In this document: one piece after another, positions 48,616 to 62,100 of the stretch
Layout of the letters: each line of letters starts with the position of its first letter
Position numbering within the stretch: the stretch's first letter is position 1
NCBI GenBank assembly: GCA_010356995.1
Contig: ML996693.1
Coordinates: 310,001-374,000 of the forward strand
Length of the DNA: 64,000 nt
DNA from: Trichodelitschia bisporula
Taxonomy: Eukaryota
Reading direction: 5' to 3'
Notes under the pieces: generated by a model
Told to the model about the DNA's origin: nothing
Database searches by the model: none
The model's input: only the letters and a program-made list of their open reading frames with translations
Position numbers and translations under genes: made by a program

Positions 48616-49285
48616 GATTGAGGGTTGGCGATGGAGAAAGAGAAAGAGAATAAAGGGGAGGTTCTAGGTTTTGATTTGTTTGTCTAGGGAAGGTACTTCT
48701 GCGGAGTTCGAGCCCTGTGTTTGTTGGTTCGCTAGGTCCGGGGTCCAGTGGTTCTTAAGCTGCATGGTTGAGACAGGGTCATGCATGACGTAGGTGGATT
48801 ATTGGGTACCGTAGATGAGTGCCTGCCAAGGGCGGGAGACATTCCTCGCCGCATGAAACAAGACTTGCCTACCGAAACCCTTTGCGCGGTCAATGCAGTG
48901 CTTACCACCATAGACTTTGTAGCGACTAGTTCTAAATGGGCTATTTTGCCTTTATCTTTGAAAGTCACGTCATCTTAGTAGACTAGGCATGTAGCGAAGA
49001 CACGAGATTGCCCTTCCACAGACTGGAAGTACCTGACACGTCCTGATCAGTTCGCAAAACTCGAAGGGTTAAGTGTAATCTGGCAACTGATAAATCATTT
49101 GTACGGTGACAATAAGCAAGTTACCCTAGCCCAGTACCGGTATCAAACGCCATAATGAAGGCAGTCAGAGGTGGACCACCCAGATTTCCTTGACCATACG
49201 CCGCCATAATCTTACATCAAAACCACCGTGGGAAATTCGTCGATTTCATCATGTTACAGGAAATAGCTCATGGTACAGTAGAGGC

Positions 49286-50196
49286 CTAGGCATCTTCGGC
49301 AGAGTTTGTCAAACTGAGATAGGCTGTCCAGGCTATACCAATAGTAGATACAAATGGCTAGAGACCGTAAGCATGGGAAGGGAAGGCAACGGGGAAACAT
49401 ACTATCTGGAACTGGATTGGCATCAGGCGGAAGTTGACGAGTTGGACTGCCGGCCAAACCATGTAGTTTGCCTTCAGCGCAGGGACGTAGACATCTCCTA
49501 GCTTGCGGGTAATTGCCCGCTTGCCGCCCCCTTCCGCAACAGTCATGAAGGTAAAGAAGCAGGCAAGACCTATGTTTTTTTAGCCATGTGAGCATCCAGA
49601 GAGGTACCATAACTAACCGACGGGGGCAAAGATAAGCTGATCAAAGGCAACTCTCTTCAGGGCAGGAGCCGTGCCGCTAGCTTTTGTGAGGGGAAACACA
49701 TGTGACAAGAAGCTGAACCAGCGGTGCTGAACGGGCGCCATCAAGAAACCGTAGGCCATGAAACGCGTTAACCGCTCGAAGTCAAAAGGAGGAGGCAGCT
49801 TCGGCGAATCCGGAATCAAGTCGTTGGTGTATGGTAGCTTCCTATCCAGCTCATGGATCTCGATGGCGAGGGGGTCATCCTTGATCGTAGGGCCGCCTGG
49901 CTTCCGTAAAGCGCGCTCCCGAATAGCAGTTAACGACTGAGCAACCGTGTCCGCTACGCCGCCGAGAATCTACAGAGTCAAGTGTTAGCTATGTGCGCTT
50001 CGGTATGTTGTTGTGGGAAAGCGGCGGAAGGCAGCGGAGGACGGCAGCGGCAGAGGATATGACGTACGGCGTTCGTTATCATGGTTGTAAGGACTACATT
50101 CTTTAGCGGCGAACTTCAGGTTGCTGAGGGAGAAATACCTGGTCGCGATGCATAGTAGGAGTTAAACTTCCGGGTGAGTATCGAAACTGCAGCCAT
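49286..50196 (-). CDS. Mpv17/PMP22 family membrane protein (Sym1-like)
   Basis: LTTMITNA|ILGGVADTVAQ, FDFERLTRFMAYG, KRVAFDQLIFAP, ANYMVWPAVQLVNF and WTAYLSLTN across five introns. Confidence 0.9.
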
Positions 50197-50958
50197 CTCG
50201 AGGAAGAAGATGAGGGCGTGCAGGAGAGGCTGAGCAGCGATTTCAGATGTTAGCATTTGACGGGCAAGAACGATGACGAGGGCTTGGTGAGATCGGCAGG
50301 ATGTGTAACAAAGACAAAGATAAAACTCACAACTCTGCCGTATATGCACCGGCTATTCAAGGACCGTAAGAGGCGGCGACGTTGAAGTTCGAAAGACATG
50401 ATGAATGAATGGATCGGTGATGCAATAGCGGCGGCTGCCAAGGAGCGCGTGGACTCAGGAAGGGTCTCCGTTCAAGGCAGGCACGGCAGGGCGACCCACT
50501 GACGACACCGCAGGTCGAACTCGCTAGGGATGTCAGATGTCGTCCAAAAAGATACACGCGGCTGTGATAGTTCGCTTTGGTGTATGAAGTGCGTAGACTA
50601 CGATGGAAGTGAGTAGGAGACGTGGAGATGTTTCGTGATGATAGGTGGTGGCGGGGAGAGGAGGGGGATGCGCGGCTCCGCCCCCGCAAGACTGGGATGG
50701 GATAGGCTCACACCTGACACCGAGACACTTGCATAAATCACTCTATCTTTAATATCTCATCACCCATGCGCAGCTTTCGACTTCAAAAAAACGATCAAAG
50801 CACCAATTCATACCCATCCCTCTGGTGACAATGCCGTGCTATCCCTAGCTCCTTGAAGTGGGGAGCGTGTGCATATCATTTGACTGACGATCTCAGACGC
50901 AACCTCGCATTGGCTCAGTGACCGTGAAAATGAAGATTGACTTGAAATAGTACAATGA

Positions 50959-52864
50959 TCACTGTGTCTCTCTCTCAACCGCTACAATGTCAGGTAAACT
51001 CCGAATGTCCGTAGCCTCCTGTGTGTTCAAGTCAATCACTCGAAGCGCATCCAAGCGCAAAATGCCAGCCGAGAGGGCCACAAACTTCAGCCTGGTGGTG
51101 TAACAAGCTAGAGGGGTGAGAGGTCTGTTCAGGGAACGTCAGCGGTAGAAGTTCGTGGAGATACGGCTACTCACCCGATTCTGATATCGGGACTCAGACA
51201 AATAATGTCCGTGGGCTCCATCATCCCATGCTGGAGATGTGCAAGTAGTGGAAAGGCATCCACAACAGAAGCGGCGATGGAGCCGAGCCTGACTTCCCCG
51301 ATGTTTCCCGTGGGCGAAAAGCCTTCTTTAGCATCAGACCAACGCTCGGCAACATTTCGACGTTTCGGCATTGCCACTACGGCGAGTTGGTGAGTCTTCT
51401 CGGACCGGTTAACAACGAAGAGCTGCCACCGAAATATCTCCCCGACCGTAACTCTGCTTGGACTTGAGATGGTTAAAGAGACTCCCGGTGCTACCATTTT
51501 GGGATTTTCCACAAATGCAATGTGGTCAGTCATCGGAAGTGAATCTGGATCCAACGGAACCTTGACCGTGACAGTGTCAAGAAGTGTGGAGCTCCCCCGA
51601 GACCGTGGTCGCGAAGTCGGGAGTTCCACCGCTGCTTTCCATGAGATGACAATCTTTGGAATACATTCATCCGAGATGTGGACTGTTGCTGCTGCGTTTA
51701 TGCCCAAGGTATGTTCGCCGCCTTCAGGTCGGCTGAGGTTACCAGATTCCGTGCCTGGGAGCAGTCTGTAGAGGAGCGTAGCTTGATCCCCCGGTCTGCA
51801 GTGCAAGGGAAAATGGGTTCCAATTGGATGAACCTCGCCATGGAGGAGACTAAGCTCCATAGAATCAATAGAGACGTCGCTACCGGCAAACGGCGTGATC
51901 TCCAGATCTAAAGACGCGATCGTGGCATTGCCGTGAACCGGTGCCGGCGGCTTAGAAAATCTTACTCGCCAAAGGAACGCTGGTGCTGCTCTGAACAACC
52001 TCCGTGGTCCATTTCGAAGAGCACTTCCTGCTTCCTTGACTGTCATGGGAATAGGTGCAGCTTTCGTGATTCTAGAAGCGGAGAGGCGTGGTTTTGTGTG
52101 CGCAAGCGCAGGCTCCTTCTGAAAGGGACCCAAGAGATTCAAGGCTGCTGGGATATTGCTTGGGAGATAATCATCTTCTTGGGCATGTTGCTGAAGACGG
52201 AGTGTTGGCTTAAGCGTCGCCACAGGTGAGAAATATATGGCCGGCTTTTGCATCTTGGACTTTGACCTGCCTGGTCGACATTAGCGACACCCAGGAAATC
52301 AATGGCAGGTTCACAATACCAAGAGGCACCGTGACCTTCCAGAAGACATAGAGAAGCTGGACAGCATCAGATTCGCCCTCCGGCTGCAGTTCGGTGGCGC
52401 ATATCGTTGGCTCTTCCGCCGTCTTGATCGTTTCCGAAAACAAAAGCTCGTTAACCTGCGAGGGTTGGGTGGTGGGAACTTCGCCTTGCTTTAGCGGTAA
52501 AGTACCAACTGCACGAGCTTCCAAAGTGATGATCAAACGAGAGAGGAAGCGCGTCAAGCTTTCTTCATCCAAGGCCTTTGTCCTCAGAACCACATAAACC
52601 GGAACCAGCTCATCTATATCCCTGAAATGAGTAAGAGGACAATCTCCTATTAATAGCTGGTAGCTGCTCACCGAGCAAGAGAAACTGCCTCTGATCAATG
52701 AAGGGGACCACAGAGGAGCTCTCCTCTGGAATTTCGCCGTCCCATTCTTCTAGGAGACCCTGGAGATCTACTTTTGAGGAGGACGGGACGAAAGCTTCGA
52801 GGATTGTATCCTCGACGAAGTCGGTGCTAGTCGGGGACCGATCCCGCTGTGAAGCGGTGGTCAT
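50959..52864 (-). CDS. TRS65: TRAPPII complex subunit Trs65
   Basis: RQFLLL|DELVPVYVVL, ALNLLGPF, LDLEITPF, FRWQLFVVNRS, CLSPDIRIG|PL and LDALRVIDL. Three introns. Confidence 0.8.
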
Positions 52865-53385
52865 ATTAGGAGAAGAAACAGGCGAGTCCTCTGGATATCT
52901 GGAAATTTTATTCTAGTTTAAGAGCAGGTTAAAGTAATTTGGCTCCAGAGCTGCACCCATTGTTTGTCGAGAGGCTTGTTGATATCCCATCTCAAATGCC
53001 ATCAGGCCCATGGGCGAGGCAGAAATATTGTGGCTGCCTCCCCAGAAAGTTGTAGCTAGCTTTGGTCTAAGCTTTTCTTGGGGAAGAAGTAAAGACTATT
53101 GATAGGAGCGGCGACTATTTTTTAGCATGGGCTTTGGCCTGTGCTCCAGTACGGTCACGTGTTATGATACAGGTGGTCCGTGCCTAGAAACCCTTTGGCG
53201 GCGGCGGGCGCCCGACTTTGCACCGCATCGCGACATTCAGCTACATTTCTGCAGCACACCTTCAACGCAGCAACGTTGACCTCTGCAACGATTCGCATTG
53301 CTATTTGGAAACGACAACCCACTGCTTCCAATAGAACGCGTTTTCGAATACAACAGCACGTCTGTCGACAGACATCGTCACCAAG

Positions 53386-55859
53386 ATGAGCGGTCCGGGA
53401 GTCCAACCTGGAGTTTGGCGGGAGCACAAGAATTCTGATGGGCGCGTCTACTACTACAACACGCAAACCCAGGCGACGCAATGGGCGAAACCGCTAGAGC
53501 TTATGGGACCTGTTGAGGTGGGTTTGCTCTCCTTGTGATCGTTCACGCGATGCTAATTTTGATTCCCAGCGAGCTCTTGCCAATCAGCCATGGAAGGAAT
53601 ACACGGCTGAGGGCGGTCGGAAGTATTGGTTCAATACCGAGACCAGCACGAGCTCATGGGAGATGCCAGAAGTGTTCAAATCTGCCCTAGCCCAGGCTCC
53701 GCAGCAACCTCCCCGTCCTACCGCTCCGTAAGTTTACGATTCTGTAGCATCGTCCAGGAGTTAACCGATCGCAGCACCTTTGTCGCAGGTGGTACAACTG
53801 TCAATGATGGCTTCCGTTCTCGAGAACGCGATGACTACCAGTCCCAGGACCGTCCCGACCGGCAGTCTGGGTATGCCCCAATGGAAGGCGTCCGTAACAC
53901 AGCCCCAGCAAACGCCGAACCCGAGTACTCTAGTGCAGAAGAAGCGGAAGCTGCCTTCTTCAAACTGCTTAGGCGCACGGGTGTCCAGCCTGATTGGACC
54001 TGGGAAAAGACTGTCCGCACCGTGGCGCGGGATCCGCAATACCGTGCCATTAGGGACCCGAAAGGTCGGAAGGCGGCCTTCGAAAAATATGTGGCCGATG
54101 TCCGCGCGCAAGAGAAGGAGAAGGAACGTGAGCGTCAGGCGAAACTGCGCGCTGATTTCAACACCATGCTGAAAAGCCATCCGGACATTAAGTGGTACAC
54201 GCGCTGGAAGACAGCTCGTCCCATCATTGAGGGGGAGGCTGCCTTCAGGACGGCGAAAAGCGATGAGGAAAGAATGGCACTTTTTGGCGAGTACCGTAAC
54301 GGACTGTACAAGGCGCACCTGGACCAGGAGGCGCAAAACCGTCAACTTGCGCTCCACCATCTGACACATCTTTTGGGTTCTCTCAATCTTGAGCCGTACA
54401 CTCGCTGGGCTGAAGCCCATAAGTCCATTCAATCAAACGAGCGGTTCCAAGGCGACCCAACCTTCCGGTCGCTCACTAAGGTCGATGTCCTAAAAGCTTT
54501 CGAGAACCACATCAAGGCTCTGGAGCGAAGCTTCAATGATGATCGCCAGAAGCAGAAGCACCTTAGGGCTAGACGCGAGCGCCAGAACCGGGACCGTTTC
54601 ATTGAGTTGCTCAATAATCTCAAGTCTGGTGGCAAGCTCAAAGCTGGGACCAAGTGGATGGAAATTCACGCGCTCATCGAGGACGACCCGCGCTACGATG
54701 ACATGCTGGGTCAGCCCGGTTCTACGCCGTTGGATCTTTTCTGGGACATGGTAGAAGAAGAGGAGCGGCTGCTCCGCGGGAAGCGAAGCGAGGTTCTTGA
54801 CGTGCTTGATGTATGCAGCTCCTATCCCTTGCGTTTAATATGACTGACGACTCGCAGGACAAACGGTTTGAAATCACTCAGAAGACTACCTTTGACGAGT
54901 TCGCGTCTGTCATGGCGGCAGATCGCCGCACCGCTAATATCGACCAAGAATCCATGGCTCTGATATTCGAACGCATCCGCGAAAGGGTCCTCAAACGCAC
55001 GGATGAGGACAAGTCACAAGCCGAGCGCAAGGAACGGAAGGCAATTGATGCCCTTCGTTCACGCATCAAGCACTTGGAGCCACCAGTTGCGGTGGGTGAT
55101 ACATGGGAACAGGTACGTCCTCGCGTCGAGAAGCTTGAGGAATATCGGGCACTTAGCACGGATGGTCTTCGACGCTCCGCGTATGATAAGGTAATTCGGC
55201 GCCTGAAGGAGAAGGAAGATGAACACGAAAGCTTGCACGGAAGACGCGACAGGGATCACCGAGATCGGGACCACCGATCTAGCCACGCTCCTGCCGGCCG
55301 CCGCCACCGCACACGTACGCCGGAAGTGGATGCCTACGAAGCAGACCGCCGCAAGGCGCAGGCCGACCGCGAGAGGCAATACCGCAAATCGAGCGTGACT
55401 GGCTTGTCGCCGCCGCCGCGCCGGGAGCGGGATGAACGCGACCGGTTCGACAGACACTCAAGCAGACAGGTCAGTTCCAGCCACTATGAGCGCGAACGTA
55501 GAGAGCGTGAAGCCGAGCGGGAGCGATCTTACACCAGCCGTGCGGATCCGAGAGACCGGGGGTTGGAGCTGGATTATGGCGACAGCCGTCCACCCAGCGG
55601 TGTGCGGAGGCGGAGGGAGAGCGATGCTGGAAGCAATCGCAGTGGCAGAGATGCAAAGGTATGTTCATCACGCAAGTGTTTTGACCCACACTAACGCAGA
55701 ATATAGAGAGCCCGGAAAGATGGACGTACTTCTCGTGAGCGAACCTCTTCCCCTCGAGGCGTTAAACGCTCCCGGTCTCCAGCTGCTGTTGCTCCGGCCC
55801 CTAAGGAAGACCGCGAAGTTCGATCAGGCAGCGAGGAGGGCGAAATCGAGGAAGACTAG
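53386..55859 (+). CDS. PRP40: U1 snRNP protein Prp40 (two WW domains plus FF domains, RS-like tail)
   Basis: WW1 (WREHKNSDGRVYYYNTQTQATQWAKP), WW2 (WKEYTAEGGRKYWFN...SWEMP), FF repeats, GQPGSTPLDLFWD and C-terminal SEEGEIEED. Four introns. Confidence 0.93.
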
Positions 55860-56584
55860 TGCGGACGGCCTCCAGTGGCCCTCAAGCTTCCGGCTTGTCA
55901 ACTGGCTGCTTGTCCTCGTCGCTTGCACTGAAGGTCGCTGCAGTAAAGCTTCTTGAGCCTCACGGAAGCAGCATCGGCTCGTATCTCCAGTCCCTTACAT
56001 TCCTACTTCTCTGAGCATTCACCCATCGCAGCAGCTTTTCCCAACGGCGGTCACTGTTCGCCACCTTCCCCCACATTTCCGCCTCTCCTGTGCCGTAATT
56101 TGGATTCCCAAGGATGATGCCCTCTGGCATCTTGGATTGCTATTTCCCGTCTTGTGGTACGTGTCTCAACTTAGCAACGCCCATGGAATCGGATGACAGG
56201 CAGAGATAGATCTAATCACGGTTTGGGACTACTTCTAAAAAGCTGTATTGTAGATGCGCCGATCTGGCAACTATCAATTCGAAGGTGCCGTAGCAAAACT
56301 TTTCTGAGACCCGCAATGCTAAGGGGTGATGGCCACCTAACTTGACCCGTACATGCTCCCACGGCGCGGCTCACGCTTGCGCGGATGAATGCAGCACAGG
56401 AGGTAAGCCATCACCAAAACAGTAGTCATCCTCGTCTCCGTCCTCGTCAGCCGCACCCTCCTCGCTCGGCAGGCCGGAGGAACGAGCTCTGACGCTCCCA
56501 CTGCTTGATTTCAGCTCTACGCTGTCTTTGTGCGCGGCAACTGAGGGCGATTGCCGGCGCCTATCCTGCTCCGGGACGCCCTTT

Positions 56585-58738
56585 TCAACTATCATCCTCC
56601 AAAAAGAACTGCGCATGTCAGAATAGGCTCCGGAAATCTCTCCCGATAACTTACGTAATTGCCCGTGAGCTTCTGGTCGTGGTCAAGCTGCGAGTTCAGC
56701 TTGTTGATGCGCGGTCGATAGCTGTTGGGGTCGCGACGGAACGTGACGTCGAGCGACTTTAGAAACTTATTGCAGCCAGTAAGTAGACTCTCGGGCTCGT
56801 TCGCATGCGCCTCAACAGCGGGTTGGCCCTCGAAGACGATGACGCGGTCGGCGAGGTACGTCGCCATAATAAAATCGTGCTCTACGACGAAAGCGGTCTT
56901 CTTCGCGTGCATGATGAAGCGTTTGATAACGCGAGCGGCGATGATACGCTGCTCGGAGTCGAGGTAAGCGCTTGGCTCGTCGATGAGATAGATGTCAGCG
57001 GGTGTGCCGAGCGCCAAAACGATGGCGACGCGCTGCAATTCACCACCAGAAAGATTCTGAACTTCCTGGTCGATGAAGTCATCAATCTTGAGCGGCTTAT
57101 AGACGTCGGTCTGGAACTGGGGGCTCAGGAATGCGGCTTTGATCTTCTTGAAGAAAAGCTGGCGCACAGTGCCTTGGAACTTGGGCGTAATCTTCTGGGG
57201 CTTCAGCTGGACGTTGAGAGAAGGCATCTTCTGGCCGCCATCGGGCTTTTCGATACCTGCAAGCATACGGCAGAAGGTGGTCTTTCCGGTGCCGTTTTCA
57301 CCCATCATGACGATGATTTCTGAGTTCGTAAATGAGCCAGATTTCACCTTCAGATGGAAGCCGCCAAGCGTCTTTTCCATGGTCGGGTAGTTGTACGCAT
57401 GGGACTTGTCAACCAGAAACTCATCGCCAGCCTCGGCGATACGGAATTGAAGCGATTCATCACGGAAGCGTAAGTTTTCTGTCGGAATGTTGCCGTCCAG
57501 GAATATGTTGATTCCTTCACGGACCGAAGCAGGAAGTGAGACGACACCGTAGATAGCCGGCCTGCCGTAGAGGACGCAGATGAAGTCGGAAAGGTAGTCC
57601 AGCACTGACAAATCGTGCTCAACAACGATGACAAAGTCATCCGGCCGAAGAAGGGAACGAATCATACGGCCAGCATTGAGGCGCTGCTTGACGTCCAGGA
57701 ACGACGATGGCTCGTCGAACATGTACACATCAGCCTGCTGCACACAAACGGTGCCGATGGCGAAGCGCTGAAGTTCACCACCAGACAGCAAGCCGATATC
57801 ACGGTCAAAAACCTGGCGGAGCTCGAGAACATCCAGGATTTCTTCCAGGTTCCCCATCTGCGAACGGCCCTTGATGAGCGCACCGACGGACTTGTCTGCC
57901 GCGCGAACGGCCTTGGGTATCTGGTCCACATACTGCGGTTTGACAACGGCCTTAAGGTTGTCCTCCAGGATTTTTGTGAAGTAGTCTGCAGATTTATCAG
58001 TCTTGCTTAATCCGCGCTCGGTGATTGAGTCCAGAGAGTCACGACACTGCTGCAAAGGGGGGGATCCCTAACGCACGCACAGAGGAGGAGAACATACTCT
58101 GCAGTTCCGACCCACGGAAATACTTCAGAATTTCCTCCCAATCAGGTGGGTTATCATAGCGCCCCAGATTAGGCTTAAGCTTTCCGCTGAGAATCTTCAA
58201 CGCAGTGCTCTTGCCGATACCGTTTGTGCCAACAAGCCCAAGGACCTGGCCGGGCCGAGGCATCGGGAGCCGATGCAGCTTGAAGCTGTTGGCTGAGTAT
58301 CGGTGCGTCACCATTGTCTCCAGGTTGGTAGGCAAGTTGATGATGTTGATGGCATCAAAAGGACACTTTTTGGGGCAGATACCGCAGCCGATACACAACG
58401 ACTCGGCGATGAAGGCTATCCGAGACTCGGGTGTGACCTCGATGCAGAGCTTGCCCGTACGCACCACAGGGCACGACTTCTTGCATTCTTGCCGACATTT
58501 CTATCCCATGGTCAGTGAGGACGAAGTGCGGGTTATGGTGCGTTGCATGCGGACCTTTGGCTTGCACTGTGGAAAGGCGCATATATATTAGCACTGGGGT
58601 TCTCAGATGGGGAGACGCGTGAGTAGGCAATACCTTGTCGGCATTCACAATAGCAATACTTCAGTTCCCACGCATTAGTCATGAGTTCTACGGTTCGTTT
58701 GCTGTCTAACACACTCACCGCGTCAGACGGTCCGACAT
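56585..58738 (-). CDS. RLI1: Ribosome recycling / translation factor ABCE1
   Basis: [30 protein letters not shown], Fe-S motif [12 protein letters not shown], two ABC domains ([25 protein letters not shown]) and C-terminus GNY|FFLEDDS. Five introns. Confidence 0.97.
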
Positions 58739-59147
58739 TTTGCTCGTAGATCACACTGTGCCGTGTGAAGTCCTCGAGATGTTTTCTAGGGACGGAGTAC
58801 AATAACAGAAGAAAACCTCGTTGCAAGATGCGCACACGATAAGTTCACAAGAGGATCTTGAGAGAAACTGAGAGTGGCGGGGTTTCGGTCAATCTTCTCT
58901 GGAGGACCCAAGGTGGGGCAGTCGGCCATTCAAATAGCAGCCATTTGTGTTGCGCTCATGCCTGGCATTTTAGTCTTGGCACCGATCACCTAGCGCGGCT
59001 TTTCTCCAGCCGCATCCTCAGTCCTAACCTTGCCTTTCCACAAACCACTTCTACCCACCCCCCCCCCCAAAACAGAACACATCCTCCACCACAACCGTGC
59101 TGATTTCTGTTTGTGATATCACCTACATTCCTGGTACCATACCAGTC

Positions 59148-62100
59148 ATGGCCTGTAAGTCTATGCTGCTTTTACTTGCTTTGTGTCCTTTTCTCGCCGT
59201 TCAGAGCGGCCCCGACTCGGCTACCTTTCCGCTTCATGAACCTCATCAAAGGTCATCTCACGCGCCATGTCGGGCCGATGAGAACGCCTATAGCGGATGG
59301 TTTTTGCGTCGTTCTTGCTCCCTGTAGCGTTTCCAAACGCTCAACATCTTCCTTGGGCCATCATGAGCCCATTGAGTCACCCGTCATCACATCATCACTC
59401 CGCTCCCTCTCTATCATCATCAGCCTGATCCAACCACCAGGCCTTCATTACTCCTTCCTTTTGGTTTCTTCTCCGTCGCTTTATATGCGATCTTGGTCGC
59501 CTAACTTACCCGACAACATCCTTTCTGATTTGGAGTCATGCTCAACCACCGTCATCGAGATTCGCTAACTTTTCATCAGCCGGGTCATCTCCTCCATCCT
59601 CCGCAGAGCGCGGCTCTGCCTCTCCCTCCTCCAGTCTCGACGAGATTCATTTGCATGTTCATGACAATGGGCACGTCAAGAGCAGTTCAGATAGCCAACC
59701 GTCTGATGCCCAAGAACGCTCGCCATACGCCCCATCATCGCCCAGCGTCACCGCCGGGAGCGTAGCGAATGGTGTTGACGACTCAGATGTCTCGAGTGAT
59801 GACAACTTACATGGCGATACCGGGTCATCGGAGGACGCGGACTATGAAGAGGATACTGGCCCGCGTCAGGCTCGATCACTTCGGGACACTCGATCCTCAA
59901 CGACTGAATCGACGGCGAGAAAGCGGAAATCAAGCCTTGAGTTCGATGACGAGGTCATGGCAAATCCCGACCTGTATGGCCTAAGACGCAGTGTACGTTG
60001 GGCATATGCTACGAATGCCCTCGACCGAACTAACGCGAGCTCCCAGGGTCGACCCTCCAATGCCAAAAACCGCCGCATCGTCGACAGCAGCGACGAGGAA
60101 GACGCCAGTGACGAGGACGACAATTCTTCCTCTTACGAAAACGTGCATCGCAAGCGGGTTCGGCGTAAGCCGAGCGCCTCCACGCAGGCAAAGGCGTCGA
60201 AGCGCGCGTCCCCGGCCCTCCCTGCACACCACTCAGACTCTGATTCCGATGTGTACGTTGGCGCCCGCCGGAACATTTTGACAAAGAAACAAAAGCAGCA
60301 CCGGATGAGAGTCGCAGCTGGCCTAGTGGCCCCAACCCAGGGCGATGTCCGCTTCTCGACGCGGCGCGCCGCCAAGGTCGCCAGTTATAACGAAGAAGAG
60401 CTGGATTCCTTTGAAGAAGATTCCGAGAATACCCCTTACGAATATGTGGTCACGGCTGAGGACAATTCACCTGCCATCGATATCGTTCTGGACCACCGAG
60501 TCCTGGAGGGCGTCACATTGACACCTGATAGCGGCAAGGACGACTTCGAGTACTTCATCAAATGGCAAGGAAAGGCCCACATCCACTCGTCGTGGGAAAC
60601 ATTCAGCACTCTCAAGGGCTACCGAGGCTACCGCCGACTGGAAAACTACTTTCGGAAGATTGTCTTGACTGAGATTTACTACGCGACGGATCCTGACGTT
60701 GTGCTCGAGGACAAGGAACGTTGGGCTCTGGACCGGGAAGTGACTGCAACTGCCCTCAAGGAATATCAGGAAGTGGAGCGGGTGATTGGCAGCTCTCATA
60801 CAGACGAAGGCATAGAGTACTACGTGAAGTGGAAGGGTCTGTTTTACGACAGTTGCACTTGGGAACAAGAGTCCCTCGTTAACGAAATCGCCCAAGTTGA
60901 GATTGACCGGTATCTCAATCGCTCCCAAAAGATTTCGGTGTCCGACAGGCTGGTCAATGGGCGCGGAGACTATCGTGTGTTCAAACATCAGCCTTCCTAC
61001 ATCAAGCATGGAGAGTTGCGCGAGTTCCAGATTCTGGGGGTCAACTTTCTTTGCCGCAACTGGTGCCTCTCGAAGAACGTCATGTTAGCGGATGAAATGG
61101 GCCTCGGCAAGACAGTGCAGACCGTATCCTTCCTGAGCTGGCTGCGACATGAGAAGAACCAGCAGGGCCCTTTCATCATCATTGTCCCGCTCTCGACGAT
61201 GCCTGCCTGGGCTGAAACGTTTAACAACTGGACTCCGGACATGAATTACGTCGTTTACAACGGCAACGAGGCAGCCCGCACCATCATCCGCGATTACGAG
61301 CTGCTTGTGAACGGCGATCCCCGCAAGACCCGGTTCAACGTCCTACTTACCACCTACGAGTACGTCCTCTTTGACTACTCGTTCCTCTCGCAGATCAAAT
61401 GGCAGTTTATGGCCATCGATGAGGCACACCGCCTCAAGAACCGGGATTCTCAATTATACAGCCGGCTCGCTGAGATGAAGGTCCAAAGCCGGCTTTTGAT
61501 CACTGGAACGCCGATGCAAAACAACTTGGAAGAGTTGCGTGCTCTCATGGACTTCCTTATGCCAGGGGAGATCGAGATCGACAAGGACATAGACCTGCAA
61601 TCCGACGCCGCGCGCCATCAAATCGATGAGCTGACGCACGCCATCCGGCCGTACATGCTCCGTCGCACGAAACAGTTGGTCGAGAAGGACCTGCCACCCA
61701 AGACTGAAAAGATCATTCGCGTTGAGCTGTCCGATGTGCAACTTGAATACTACAAGAACATCCTCACCCGCAACTATGCCGAATTGAACAAGGGCAGCAA
61801 GGGCCAGAAGCAGTCTCTCCTCAACATCATGATGGAGCTGAAGAAGGCCAGTAACCATCCATTCATGTTCCCCAACGCTGAGGATCGCATTCTCGACGGC
61901 AAGAACCGACGGGAAGATATCCTTCGCGCGTTGATCACTAGCAGCGGCAAAATGATGCTTCTCGACCGTCTTTTGGACAAGCTGAAGAAGGATGGCCATC
62001 GGGTGCTGATCTTCAGTCAAATGGTGAAAATGCTTGACATTCTGTCTGATTACCTCAACCTCCGTGGATACCAGCATCAGAGACTCGACGGAACTATGAC

